Assembly (NCBI RefSeq): GCF_009914755.1 | Contig: NC_060930.1 | Direction: 5' to 3' (one strand) | Source: the human T2T-CHM13v2.0 reference genome, Homo sapiens | DNA length: 64,000 nt | Shown here: positions 41,809 through 55,348 of the stretch, in pieces | Numbering within the stretch: the first letter of the stretch is position 1 | Layout of the letters: the number at the start of each line of letters is the position of its first letter | The notes under the pieces: generated by a model | Databases searched by the model: none | Told to the model about the DNA's origin: nothing | Seen by the model: the letters and a program-made list of their open reading frames with translations, nothing else | Translations under genes and position numbers: made by a program

Positions 41809-43583
41809 TGTCACAGTATTGAGCTCTTCAGAAACATAGGAGTTCAGAGTTCACATATCTTGAAAGGATGGAATTTAAAGATACAATTTTCATAACATAA
41901 ATTATTTTTAAATAAGCGCTACTTACTGTGTTTTATAGCAGTATGTGGGCTCTTGCTGTGTAATAATAATAAATTACAAGGGATTTGTCAATAAAAAGAA
42001 GTTGAATACTGTAAAATATTGTCCAAGCAAAGTATAGGTCTAAGATAATGCCTGAATGTTTTCAAAATATGCTTATCTGAAACTTATAGTTGAGGCAGGC
42101 ATCAAATTTTCTGAATAACTTCATGATTTCCATGTTAAACATCATGGTATAAACTACAGTAGTAGAAATGGAACTTGGTGTATTCAGTCTACAATATAAA
42201 AAATAATACAGTTGTTCTTAAAAATATGTTATCTTTCCATTGTTTAGGTTGAGATTGCCAACAGGTAAAATTAGATGTACAAGCTGCTGAAAGGGAAGAA
42301 ACACACTTGAATTTAGTTGCTGTTTGTAACTAGACACCTGAATTGGTAGGGAAGGAAGGGGCAGAAATAACAGAACACAGCTAGGTGGTATTTTTATTAG
42401 CTAGTATCCTCAGAGAATCATTTATGTGACATTCCAAAGATAACGAATAGGATCCCCCAAGTGAAAGACCCAAATAAGATATAATTATGACAGCCAGCTC
42501 CCCTGCAGTGATGGACTTTTCACTAATTTAGATACTTGTTTCTAAAATGTAGTGCATTTCTAGTTTCAGATCACTGAAATAGATATGTCCACAGAAAGTT
42601 ATAAATTCTACAATTCTTATCACTTTGTTCAGAATTCTTGAAATTGAAGAGAAATATAATCTCTATAACAACTGGGAATAACTGTCACAGGCTTACATAG
42701 TCTTCAAATTAAAAGAAAATCCTTTCTCATATGTCTATCAGGTATCTCACCACCTTCTTAAGACTACAGAAGGAAGCAATGCCTTATGTTTTATATAAAG
42801 AGAATAAATTTATCTAAAGAAATAAAAGAGTCGCAATCACCTTAAATTAGGGGAGAAGTTTTGCCTCAGGAAGTTTGGCTTTATTTCTTTTCATTGTAAA
42901 AACAATTCAGATGTTTTAAATATGTTCTATGACATAACAGGATCTTATTTTATCTGCGAAAATTAATGGTCTCAAAGAGGCAAGCTAAGAGACAGAAAGG
43001 AGACACCTCCATAGTTCCACAAAGCTGTTTCACCAAAATTAAATGACTATTAAAAAAACATGTGGCAAACAGATCTGAGAGTTTGTTTTAAATTGGAAGC
43101 ATTCCACCTTCCAACTCTCAACTGAGTACCAGAATTACTTCCTTCTGCCAGAGATCTGAGAAAATCATGCTGAAGAGTGCACAGGCTATTTGCTGTAATA
43201 TTATTTCAATTCCATGGATCTGTAGCAATCTTCAGCTATGGCACTGTAAAATTAGTTTTAGATTTTTCCAATATAATATATTTTCCTTTTTTTCTATTCT
43301 CTTCCTCCTACATAGGAGCTTGTGACTGTGCATGTCTAAAAACAATCACCATCTTTGACATCCTATGGCATCGCATCTTTGCCTATTAGGTCAATTTCAG
43401 AGAATACTGTTTCTTCTATTTATCAAAAGATCAAGAACTGAGTTTTCTTAGGATATGTCTCACTTCTTACGCTATTGTTCATTTCCTACTAGCCCAGTGT
43501 GTTTTTTTCATGGAATTTTCTCCATCCCCACAGCCATTTGTACTCTAGAGCTGGGATTAAGCCCAAGGTGGGCGTGGAGGTGA

Positions 43584-44090
43584 TGTGAACTATCAACACA
43601 CACTACCTCAAAATGTGGCTCCTTGGATTTGAGAAAACAGCAGAAACAGGAAGGTCTCTGCGATCTTCTTCTACCCTTTTCCCCTGAAGCAGGCCATAGT
43701 AGAATTTTCTGACTTTCCACTGAAGCAGGTCATAAGATTCTCATTTGAGAGTGCACTCCCTCTACCTTTATCTCAGAAGACACAGGGCACAGATAAGAAT
43801 TTAAACAAACAAGCCTTGCTAAGTTCTCCCCAGTTTATTACCATTAGATAATACTCCTTATTTCCAATCACACTTCTCCACAACCATCCACTTCTTCAGC
43901 AAATTTAGTATAAAAAAACACAACTTCCTCGTTTCTTCTGGACTTCATTTTCTTATGAAGCCTCCTATGTCACATAAAACTTATGTTAAATATATTTATA
44001 TGCTTTCCTCTTGCTATTCTGTCTTTTGTTATAGGGATCTCAGCCATAATCCTAGAGTTGGATGAGAAAATAAATCTTTTCTCTCATACA
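43584..44090 (+). mobile_element. MER34-family ERV1 solo LTR
   Basis: tgt...aca termini; ctgaagcaggccata/ctgaagcaggtcataag, gccttgctaagttc, ctgtcttttgttatagg; 4-bp near-TSD gtga/gaga. Confidence 0.8.
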
Positions 44091-44539
44091 GAGAGAATAA
44101 CAATTTACCCAGGACCTAGGCTTCTCTGTATTGCTGTAGTGTACTCCGGTTGAAACCATCAGTATAGTGGCCTACACAGCAACTCTCAGAATGGACAATC
44201 TTTTTCTACAATTTGTTATGTCTCTTTCATGCTATCCTCCCCTCAGCGCTCACATTTCCACGTCTTTCTCAATCTTCGTCTCTCAAAACTTACTTTCAGG
44301 AAAGGTTGCAAAAAACCTTTGCACGGATCTGCAAACACCTTAGCATACTTGACTAATTTCAATCTCAGGTGCAATTGAACTTTAAGAGCAAACACAGTTT
44401 CTTAAAGCAAAGAACTGTATCTGCTTTTGCAGAATTTCAGGCTGAGCAAGTTTGCAGAAACACTAATTGTGGAGCTACCAAAGAGATTACTCCATGGAGT
44501 CAACCAACCATTCTACTTTGGTTTATTCAAGATATCAGA

Positions 44540-44925
44540 AAGCATTTGTAATCTAGTAGATGAAAAGAGACCTCAAAACAAAGAAGCTTATTTAAATGTT
44601 ATAGGGTACACACACAAAAAAGAATTTTACTTTAGGGTGTCAGTAAAAGCTTCAGGGAAAAGATGATGCTCCAGCTAATGTCTAAAAGAGATGCAGATTA
44701 TTTTTAGGTAAACCAAGGAGTGAAATGTTTTCTGTCACCTAGGAATTGCTGTGAACTAGGTGTCTAAAATAGAGTGGATTTGAGGGAAATATGAATTATT
44801 ATTATTATGCAAGCAAGCTAAACAATGGGGTGTAAAACATGGCTCAGAAAGAGATGAAGCTGAAGAGAAACCGGGGCCAGATCATGAAGGCTTTGTGTAC
44901 TTTGACAATGAAGACCTTACCTGTA
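44540..44925 (-). mobile_element. L2 fragment
   Basis: gagatgaagctgaagagaaaccggggccagatcatgaaggctttgtgt is typical antisense L2. Confidence 0.55.
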
Positions 44926-44929
44926 TGTC

Positions 44930-45254
44930 CATAGTTCCCAAAGTGTGTCATGTGTGTTTTTAATGGAACATAAGCTGATTCTGGGTGTTTTTGAATACTT
45001 TGGTTATTTTTACTCAAAAATTCGGGGGAAAAACCTTTTAAAATGAGTTTCTTCTATGAAGGCCATACAATATAGGTTTTTACATCTGTAGAAGTAACAT
45101 AAAATGCCCCTCACTACTGCTACTACTACTAATAAATGTATTCAATGTTTTATGACATAAATAAAAGGATACATTAAGTAATTATATGAGTGGTACATAG
45201 ATGTGGCAAATGTCATAAAAGTGGTATATAAACGACTTCAGTTTGAAAAACGTA
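44930..45254. mobile_element. MER113-like hAT-Charlie element
   Basis: Ends catagttcccaaagtgtg and ggtacatagatgtggcaaatgtcataaaagtggtat...agtttgaaaaac. Confidence 0.6.
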
Positions 45255-45603
45255 AGAGACATAATAAGGGACGGTTGCAATAGTGTCCCCGAGTGGAAAA
45301 CCATCTGCAGGAGTTACCATGCAGGTCATTACATGCTTGCCCCAGATATTCAATCAGTGCCATTATGGGTTTTAACAAAGGGTACCCATTCTGAGTTTCA
45401 CCCATCTTCCTCAGCCTTCTTCCTGCCTCAGGGAAACACCAGGTGTTAGCTCATTAGGCTTGTGATGTGAAGAAACAGAATTGAGTGGTGTTTGGTGAAA
45501 GATACCCTTCTCCATTTTAATGCAATAGGTAGTCAAGCATTTGATTTGAACATGAAGCAATGGATCTTACTGCCCCCTTGTGCATGCAGGTGTGTCGCGC
45601 TTG

Positions 45604-45641
45604 CACACACACACACACAAACACACACAGGCACAGGCACA
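45604..45641. repeat. (CA)n imperfect microsatellite
   Basis: Visible directly. Confidence 0.85.
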
Positions 45642-47603
45642 GAACAAGGCAGGGAGGCATTCCTTTCTGGAATTCAGTCAAAAATTATTATTTTCCACTC
45701 CAGTGGAGATCACATTCCAGGCCTCATCCAAGGAGACAAAATCAAAGGAATTGATATGTCTTTGCATTAAAAATAATTTGCAGGGTCAGTGACCTGAGCT
45801 ATTTCTGTGTTTATTAATTACATGGGTATTTTAGTTTCCACTCGTTTTCTGTCCCTTCCAATAAAAGCAACTAATGAGATGCTCTTGACTAGTCTATTAA
45901 ACAGACTCTATTTCTAAACTCCCCTTAAGTAAAAGAGACATTGTGAACAGTTTCACATGAAATTTTGATGGTATTTACAGTCATCACTTACCTACTCAGG
46001 GCTTAATTACATATTGACTTATATTGCTCACTAGTTATTTTGTTGGTGATAGTCTTGTTCACCCAACAAGACTGTAGTTTCTAACGAAGGTGTCGTTATT
46101 TCATGTATGCGTCTCTCAGACGCATTAGGATTAGGTATATGGTAAGTGCTAGATAAATACATGGTATTTATCTTGCACAGGATTAGGTATATGTTAAGTG
46201 CTAGATAAATATATGTCCTTTTGTGATGCAATGCGTAGTTTATAAATTCTTACTAGGGCATGGAGGAAGTACAAAAGATGAATAAGTAAAACTTCTCGGA
46301 TGATTAGGGGACTTAGCAAATCTGATTCTATCATGATTTCTCATGGAGTGTATTTCCTTTTGAAGCTGTTTGGCACAAAGTGGTTAATTTCACCTCTTTG
46401 ACCATTTTAACCAAAGGTTTCCTTTAGAAGGAGAAATTTTTCTGCCATTAAGCATTGGAACACAGTTTAAATTCTCTGGTCTTACTGAAATCACAGTGGT
46501 ATGTCCTTCTGAACATATTTGTCCAACTTTCAACTTGTCAGCAAAACAGATTGTAGTAGGTAGCATGAGAAAGTATCATTACTGGTTACTCTAGGACAGC
46601 CCAAAATGGAGACTGTAAACCCTTGGGTACTCACAGAAATCCAAAAGTATCTCTATACAAAATGTTTGTTTCTGCATTGCAATTTTAATGTTTTGAAGAG
46701 TGTCTATTCTAACCTTTAAATATTTTAAATTAAATGAAAAATGAAAATACAACTTATCAGAAATTTGTGTGTACAGTAAAGCAGTGTTTAGTGAGAAATT
46801 TACAACACTAAATCTATACACTAAAAAGGGAAAGATATAAAATCAATAACCTAGATTCTATTATAGGCAACTAAAGAAAAAATAAAAAAACCAAACAAGC
46901 AGAAGAAAGTAAACAATAAAAATTAGAGAAGAAATTAATGAAATTGAAAACAGGAAAACTAGATAAAACAACAAAAACAGAAGCAGATTCTTTGAAATAT
47001 TCAAGAAAAGTGATGAACTCTAACAAGACTAACAAAGAAAAAATTAGATGACACATATTACTGATATCAGGAATAAAACAGGAGAATATTCACTCAGACC
47101 CTGAAGACATAAATAATAATGATGATAATAATAATAAGCAAATACTGCAAACAGCTCCACAAATGTAAATTTGACAACTCAGAGGCAAGGAAACAATTCC
47201 TTAAAAAATTAAGCCTACCACAATTTATACAAAGGGAAACATATAGCTGAAATAGCCATATAACTATTAAGAAAATTGAATTTTTAATTTAACAACTGTC
47301 AAAATAGAAATTAGCTGGGCTAACCAAGTCAAAAAGACAGAAGACACAAATTATCAATATTAGAATTAAAAGAGGTTTCATCACTACAGATCTCATGGAC
47401 ATTACAAGCATAAGAGACAAATACTGTGAACAAGCCTATGCCCATAAATTCACTAATTTAGAGGAAATGGACCAATTCATTGAAAGATACAAAGTACCAA
47501 AAACTCACACAAGGAGAAATGGATAATACAGCCTATATATATGAAAAAATTATATCAATAATTACTAATATTCCCCCAAAAAAGCACCAAGTCTAGATGG
47601 TCT

Positions 47604-48112
47604 CTGCACCATAAATCTTTCAAACTTCACACTTTTCTAAAGCCTCAACATCCCCACAAACAGGCTATAAACATTCCACTCAGGTGACTAGGTATATCAG
47701 TGCCACAAAGTTGGTCACTACCACAGGTTAAAACTTCCTGCCCACCTCTGACTATGACCTAATGACATTCAACACACCAATAAAATTCCCTCATGTCCTT
47801 TGCTTGTGAAATCCCCCTGTAAGTAAGGACACTTACCCACAGGTTGATCTTCATTCATTCTCCCTCCCACCCCACTCTACCCCCATTTCTCCCTACCTGC
47901 TGGTTAAGTCCACTTTGGGAGCTCCTCTCATATGGCTCCCTGTATGGTATGCCATGACTCTGGTCTCTAAAACCTAGGAGTACTCTGGTCTCTAAGACCT
48001 ATGAGTATAATAAATATTTCACTTTCATATACATCTGAGTGTAATATTCATGACCATGTTGGAATGATTCTTAAAGACCCTATAAGAGTAACTTAATCTC
48101 CCATTTACAACA
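47604..48112 (+). mobile_element. ERV-class LTR (family uncertain) inserted in L1
   Basis: Non-L1 segment with tataataaat and an ...acaaca terminus; L1 ORF2 resumes in register afterwards. Confidence 0.55.
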
Positions 48113-48849
48113 CAATGTTCTTGTTGAATTCTACCAAACATTTAAAAAAGAAGAAATGCCATTTCTCCACAATCTCCTCCAAACATTAGAGAGAGACTGC
48201 TAGAGTATCCTAACTTACAACTCATTAGAGAAAGTAATTCTGGTCTGAGTAAGTAACTCTGTAAGTTAGAGCATCCTAACTTACAATTCATTCTATCAGA
48301 TCAGCATTACTCCAATAGCAAATCCAGATGAAGACATTACAATAAAGAAAAGCTATAGACCAATATATCTTATGAACAAAGATGTAAATATTTCCCACAA
48401 GATACTACAAATTAAATCCAATAGCATATAAAAAGAATTATACACCATGACCAAGTGGAATTTATTCTAAGTATGCAAGGTTGGTTCAATATTCAAAAAT
48501 CAATGTAACTTACATATCAACTAGCTAAAAAAGAAAAATCATATGCTCATATCAATTGATGCATAAAATGCAGTTGACAAAACCTAATACCAATTCATGA
48601 CCAAAAAAAAAAAAATGCCAGCAAACTAAAAACAGAGGGAACCTTGCTCAATTGATCTAAAAAATTTGCAAAAAAAATCACACAATTAACAACATACTTA
48701 GTGGTGAGGAACTGGACACTTTACCCCTGGGATCAGCAACAAGGAACCACTCCTATTCAAAATCATACTGGAAGTCCTAGTTCATGCAATATTAACAGGA
48801 AATGAAATAAAAACCATGCAAATTGGAAAGAAATAAAACTGTCCTTACT

Positions 48850-48948
48850 GGAGAATAGTATTAAAAACCATGATCTGAGGATGTTCGAGGACTAGTTGAG
48901 AAGATCAGAGGAGCCTGACTAAAGTTTGGTCAGGGAGGGAGTCCATCA
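48850..48948 (-). mobile_element. MER31-like ERV1 LTR 5' fragment
   Basis: gaggactagttgagaagatcagaggagcctgactaaagtttggtcagggagggagtc is the reverse complement of the MER31 LTR start. Confidence 0.7.
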
Positions 48949-49403
48949 ATATGCAAAAAGATGAACCTAGACACAAACCTTTCACAGAAGTTAACTCAAT
49001 ATGAGTCGCAGACCTAAATGTAAAATACTAAACTCTAAACTTTCTAGAAGAAAACATAGGGTAAAATCTACATGATTTTGAATTTGTTTATGAGTTTTAG
49101 ATACAAGGTCAAAAACATAATTCATGAAAGATAAATTGATAAGTTAGACTTTATTAAAATTACTCTCCAAAAGACAATATTAAGAGAATAAATAGATGTT
49201 ACAGACCATAAGAAACTATTTAAAAATAAATAGTTCATAAAGGTTTTGTATTAAAACAAATACAAATAACTCTTAAAACTCAGCAACAAGAAACCAAGCA
49301 ACCCAATTTAATAATGTCCCAAAGATGCAGACCTCTCACCAAGGAAGGTGTAACAGTGATGAATAAGTGTACAAAAACATGTTCAGTCTCATTTGTCTTT
49401 ATC

Positions 49404-49600
49404 TGTATTCATTTCCTATTGCTGTTGTGATCAATTATCACAAACTTAGTGGCATAACTCAACACAAATTTATTATTTTACAATTCTGTAGATCAGAAGT
49501 TTGAAATGACTTATGGACAAAAATGAAGGAGTCAGCAGAACTGTCTTCTTTCTGGATAATCTAGGGGAAAATTCATTTCGTGCCTTTTCTATCCTCTAGA
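49404..49600 (-). mobile_element. MLT1D/E LTR fragment
   Basis: tgtattcatttcctattgctg...cacaaacttagtggc...acacaaatttattattttacaattctg. Confidence 0.75.
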
Positions 49601-51338
49601 TATTGAGATGCTTCTAAATATGTATATGTATGAATTCATATACACATATATGTGTCCTTGCTCTGTGAACTGAGGGGGTCTAGATGCCACGTCACCCAAG
49701 TAGCAGTAAGCACATCTAAATTCCAAATAATTTATGTTCAAGGAGGTGGCACATAACTCCTCACTTTTTAAGTGTGAACTGCACACAGTGACTTCCTTCC
49801 AAAAAGTAACGTATAAAAATGGGAGGAAAAGTAACTTCACAACGGAGAAATACACCAAACATTTCCGCAACAATATAGCCAATGTTAACATTAACAGTGA
49901 TAAGTCATTCTGATAGCATGCACCCTTGCTATGAGGTGATGAGAATGGCACTTTACCTTATCTTCCTCTGCAAAATTTATAATCCCAGTTTAATCATGAG
50001 AAAAACATCAGATAAATTCCAACAGAGGGGCATGCGACATGACTCCTCAAAAATGTCCAGGTCATCAAAGACAGTGTTTGAAAACTGCCACAGCCAAAAG
50101 AAACCTAGGGAGACAAGACAATGAAATGCAATGTGGTATCTTGGATGGGATCCTAGAACAGAAAAACAACATTAGATAAAACTAAGACAATCTAAATAAG
50201 TTTGGACTTTAGTTAATAATGATATCAGTATTGGTTCATTAATTGTGACAAATGTACCACACTTATGTAAATGTTAATAAGGGGAAACTGGATGTGGGTT
50301 GTATGAGAACCCTCTGAATTGTCTTCACAATTTTTCTGTAAGTCTAATACTTTTCTGAAAGTAAAAGGGTTTTTTTAAACGTTTATTCTAATTTATCTAG
50401 ATCATCATCTTAGAACAAAGTTTTACCACAAGACTTGGTATACACACTTCTGTATTTCTTACAGTCATGTTTATGCCAAGTGATTATAAGCATATTTAAT
50501 TTGGGGTCAATATATCTGGGAACCAGTAGCAAGTCTGAGCTAAATTATTGTTTTTATATTGAATTATTTTACTAGAAATAAATATGAAACGTATCTACTA
50601 CATGAATAATTCACATGTGACAGTTCCATGATATAAAAATTTAATTTCTGAATTTTTTAAATAAAGTAAAGCTTAAATTCTACATGGTGAAATAACAATG
50701 TGTGCAAACACAATACATTGCCTTCATCCTTTTAAACTACAGAGAATAGAACAGTAGCGTAATCCAAAACTGAAATATTCAAGTCAAGTAAAGGCTTAAT
50801 GGTAAATAATAGCTTCATGAGGATTTGAAATTTTAAATGCAAAATAAGAGGATTCATTTCTAATAAATTGCAATTTCCTTCAACAGTCCAGTGATGTACT
50901 TTGTTGAAAATATAATTTTTTTCCTACTTCGCAAGAGTTGAAGTCAACTTCAGATACAATTTTCCAGTTTCTGATTCCAGAAATAATTGGATTACATACC
51001 AATTTAATATAAATTTCAATGTCATATATGCTAATTTTATCTTGAAATGAAGATATTTAAACAACATTAGGATTTTGTTTGTGGAGGAATGACAGATTAT
51101 GCTGAATTTGAATTTATTGCTATTTGGATACTATTGTAATGCCAACAGTCATATTCTGAATTTGCTTGATTAAAGCCAATGGATAGTAATAAAGACAAAA
51201 ATGGATCCAAAGCACTACCTCATTATAATTAGAAGTTGTTTATGTTTACTTATTATTTTGTATTTAATTTATAGATTAGTTTTTGATTGCACTGTTGTAT
51301 AGAAACTATAATCATAGTAAATTTATACCAAATTTTAT

Positions 51339-51343
51339 TTGTT

Positions 51344-51379
<36 letters not shown>

Positions 51380-51686
51380 TTATTATCACTTTTTTTTTTT
51401 TTTTTTTAGATAGAGTCTCACTTATTGCCCCAGCTGGAGTGCTGTGGTGAGATATCGGCTGACTGTAACCTCTGCCTCCCGATTCAAGTGATTCTCATGA
51501 CTTGGCTTCCCCAGTAGCTGGGATTACTAGTGTGTGCCTCCACACCCAGCTAATTTTTGTACTTTTAGTAAAGCTGGGGTTTCACCATGTTGGCCAAGTT
51601 GGTCTCGAACTCCTGACCTCAAGTGATCCTCCTGCCTAGGCTTCCCAAAGTGCTGGGATTACAGGCATGAGCCGCCGCGCCTGGCC
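51339..51686 (-). mobile_element. AluS with a (TTTA)n-expanded tail
   Basis: 11-bp TSD ccaaattttat at 51328-51338 and 51687-51697. Confidence 0.95.
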
Positions 51687-53981
51687 CCAAATTTTATATG
51701 TCATATATGCATGTCACATTCTAATAAAACAACACTATAGGTCTAGAAGATTGTTTCTTTGAGATAAGCCAACGCATTACTCAAGTTTCAGAAATACTGC
51801 ATACAGGGCTCATAAAATTCTCCCAATAGCAAGCCACCATTGAAGAACATCGTTGTTATTTTGAAGCAAATCGATATTAGATTCCACCTGTTGGCCTTTT
51901 GTTTCCACAATTAATGCTAATATGAAATGATCTTCTAAAACATGCATTATTCAGGTAGAAAAGTCACCAGGTATAAATAAATCTATTATCAATAGTGACA
52001 TCTAGTAAACTGCCACATTTAAAGAATATGGTGGCACAATGAAGAGATAAAATGAACAGTTTACAAGAAAGAAAGAATGAGAGCATTGAAGCCAAATTTT
52101 CAAAGAAAACAGCAAAAAGAAAGATTTTTTTTAACTAAAAGGGAACGGAAATAGAAGTAGCGCTCAATATAGCTTCATTAATGCGTACTTTACCAGCTCT
52201 TTATCCTGGGATATCTCTTCTTATAAAATCAGACAAAAGTGCTCTCTTTTCACAGGGATTGAAAAGTAAAGGAAACTGAGTCTGCATATCAGGGAGATAG
52301 GTTAAAAGTTAATACAATGGTTGATCTATTTTTATTATACAAAGCAACATATGTGACTACTTTGTTTAATATACAATTAATATTTTTTCCACTAAACCAA
52401 ACTATGCTTTTTAAGTCTTAGATGCAGATTTGGCACTAAGAAAATCCTGGGAGGTGTGGTGTTAGTGCTTATGTTGTGCCAGAAGCCAGTTTATTCAGAA
52501 AAATAAACTCTAGTTTTCTATTTCTTTGGCTTCTCTTCCAGGTTTTGGCAGAAATGTGAATATAAGCAAGCATACTATGAGATACATGATCCAGTCACTG
52601 TAACCTTCTTTGGAACTAGTATTGATCCAGCAGCAGCTTTCAGTACTGATCCTAAAAACAAATAATATGATCGGATCAGATCATCACAAAGGGAGCAGGA
52701 ATTTGAAGGATGTATCTGGGTTATTCAAACCGAAAACACCTAACTCCAGTTCATTAAAAATCATTTCATATTTGTATAAAAATAATTTTTAAAAGAGTCT
52801 AGATGTAGTTATAATTTTAAAAGTAGTCATATTTCTAGAACCTTCTTTAAATTCTTGTTATTTGAATATGAAATTATTGTAAATCCATTGAATAAATAAC
52901 TATATTCATATAAAATTTCAAACTAATACATACATTAGAAGTAAGTATATTTATTTCTCATTGAGATGAAATATTTTTGTCCCACAATATTAGATTTGTA
53001 TATGTGTTTGTGTGTTTGTGTATTTTAAGTAATTAAACTTTGAGTTTCATTTTAAAACTGTGAGAGTATTTTATTACATAAAAAATTTTCAGACCGAATG
53101 GAATCTAGATATGGAAAGCCTATCTCTCTCATATCTAAAAATTCTGATCTATTTTAGCAGTTTTATGTGGTTACATATAGAATGAACCCACAGCATCTAG
53201 ATATTTTTCCAAATCTGACAAAAATTTTAGTTACATCTAGACAAATATTTAGACCTCTCGAGTCTATAATATTGCGTGAAAGAAACCCAGTATAGAATTT
53301 TATTTTCTTTATTTTGGGTAATATTGTATTTAAGATGACACACATGACTAGATGAAAATGTTCATCTCTATAAAAAAGAGAAATTATGCATTTTGTTCAT
53401 CAATTTGTGCTCTCTGCAGTCCAATTAAAAGTGTCATTTTGACTCTATAGCTTGAATAGATCAATCCCCAGTTTCTTCCCAAGTTCAGGCCTTTCCTGCA
53501 GCCACTCATCTTTTGCACTGCATTCATATTTTTTCTTCCTAAAACAACAAAATAATTTCAAAAGGTAAACAAAGACTTCCTTGTCAATAAACACGAGACA
53601 TATTTACCTGCCTTTCCTTTCTTGACATCACAGAAGATTTAAAATACCTCTTTCCTTCCTGAACCGCAGGTTTCTTCTGCCTCTCCAAGCCTGATGCTCT
53701 CCTGTCTTTCTCCTGAGATTCTGGCTTCATTTTCTTTGCTCCTCTTGCAGAGTTCTTTCTTTACAGAGAAGCCATTGCTTGAAATTCCTCAAGGCAATCT
53801 ACTCAGCCTAGACTCTCTTCTTAGGAGTTCTCACTTATACTTTAATTACCACACTGATACAGACAATTTATAAATGTATGTCTCCATCCTAACTTCATCT
53901 CTGATCTTCAGACCAGAGTATCCAACTACCCCTCTTAGATGACTCAGAGGTACCTTCAAGTGAGAATGTCCCAGATTATAC

Positions 53982-54495
53982 TGAGATGGCTTTACAACAT
54001 AGTTGTAAATTCTTTGAAATTCTTTCCATTGAGAGGTGGGGTTTCTGTACCCTCTCTTCGAATCTGTGTGAGCTTGTGATTGTTTCAACCAATAGTACAG
54101 TGGAAGTGAAGGTTTGTGATTTCTGAGACTAGATATAGAATAATGTCAACCTTATTTGTTGGAATGCTTACGGAAAGCTGCCATGAGAGAACTTCAACAA
54201 TGCTAAGGCTGCCATGAGGAAGCCCAACCTACATGTAGAGGCTGTGTATAGTCATCCCAGTAGACAACCCCAGCTAGGCCTAAGCTTTTTAGTCATTCCA
54301 TGCCAGCCTTTAAACATGAGAATGAAGAAGCCTTCAGATACTCACATCTGAAGCCATCCAAGCCATTTCCAGCCATTTGATTTTCTTCAGGTGATATTCC
54401 AGATACCATGAAACAGTGACAAGCCATCCCCATGAAGTCCTGTCTAAATTCTTGACCCATTGATAAATTGATAATGCAACAACCAATTGCAATCT
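53982..54495 (+). mobile_element. MLT1G/H-like MaLR LTR
   Basis: ccattgagaggtgggg...aaccaatagtacagtggaagtga...gctgccatgaggaagcccaacc...acaagccatcccc. Confidence 0.75.
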
Positions 54496-54829
54496 GGTCT
54501 TCTTTCAATATCTCCCTCTATTTCAACTCCATCATCAACTCCTCCTGCAGATTTCATTCCTTAAGTATTTATTGAATCCGTGAACTTCTATCTCCATCAA
54601 CACTTTTATCCAAATTATCATGATCTGTGGCCTAAATTGTAGCATTGGCATTCCTATTTATCAACATTCTCCACACTGCTGGTGAGTAATCTTTTCACAT
54701 TTTAAATCTCTTCATGTTACCCCATGCTTAATACTCTTCTGTGGTGCCCACTGATCTTGGAATAAAGACAAAATCCTTTATGAGGTTTATATGACCTGAA
54801 TGATCTGGCAGTAGTCTCATTCCCCCACT

Positions 54830-55348
54830 CTGCACTGCTCAGTGGGGTAACTGCCAGTCTTACCTGTGACTGTTGATCAACTGAAATGTGATTGGTGTGA
54901 CTGAGGAACTGAATTTTTTATTTTATTCAATTTTAATTAATTATAACTTAAATTTTAAAAATGAATACTCAATTCAGTTTATTGAAAAACTTTTAAGTGT
55001 GTTTGGAACAACTTGGCTGTATGAATTTACTTTTTTAATCATGAATGTTATGAAATTTAAATACAGATCAAGTATTCCCAATGAAAATGTAATATCTGAA
55101 TGGACATGTGTTGAAAGCTTAACATGCACACTGGATTTCAAACAGTATAAGAAAAAGAAGGTAAAGTATGAAATTAATAATATTTATATTGAGTATATGT
55201 TGCAATGACAATATTTTGGATATATGGGGTTAAATAAAATACTTAATAAAAATTAATTCACCTGTTTCTGTTTACTTTTTAAAATGTGGCTACTAGAAAA
55301 AAAAATTGATGTGTGGTTCTCATAGTATTTTTATTGAGCAGCATTGCT
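54830..55348 (+). mobile_element. Internally deleted Charlie5-type hAT element (MER3/MER33-like ends) retaining the transposase C-terminus
   Basis: ORF 54888..55208 contains LLSVFGTTWLYEFTFLIMNVMKFKYRSSIPNEN, resembling the hAT C-terminal dimerisation motif; gtgactgaggaactgaatttt and tattttggatata...aatgtggctactaga ends. Confidence 0.8.

Larger units (their letters stand above)
46710..50368 (+). mobile_element. Composite old L1M block (two L1 ORF2 segments plus an L1MC/MD-type 3'UTR) with nested LTR fragments
   Basis: ORF2-like sequence at 46710-47600, 48113-48850 and 48949-49400; 3'UTR at about 49720-50368 (tttaagtgtgaactgcacacagtgacttccttcc...aatcatgagaaaaacatcagata). Confidence 0.85.
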
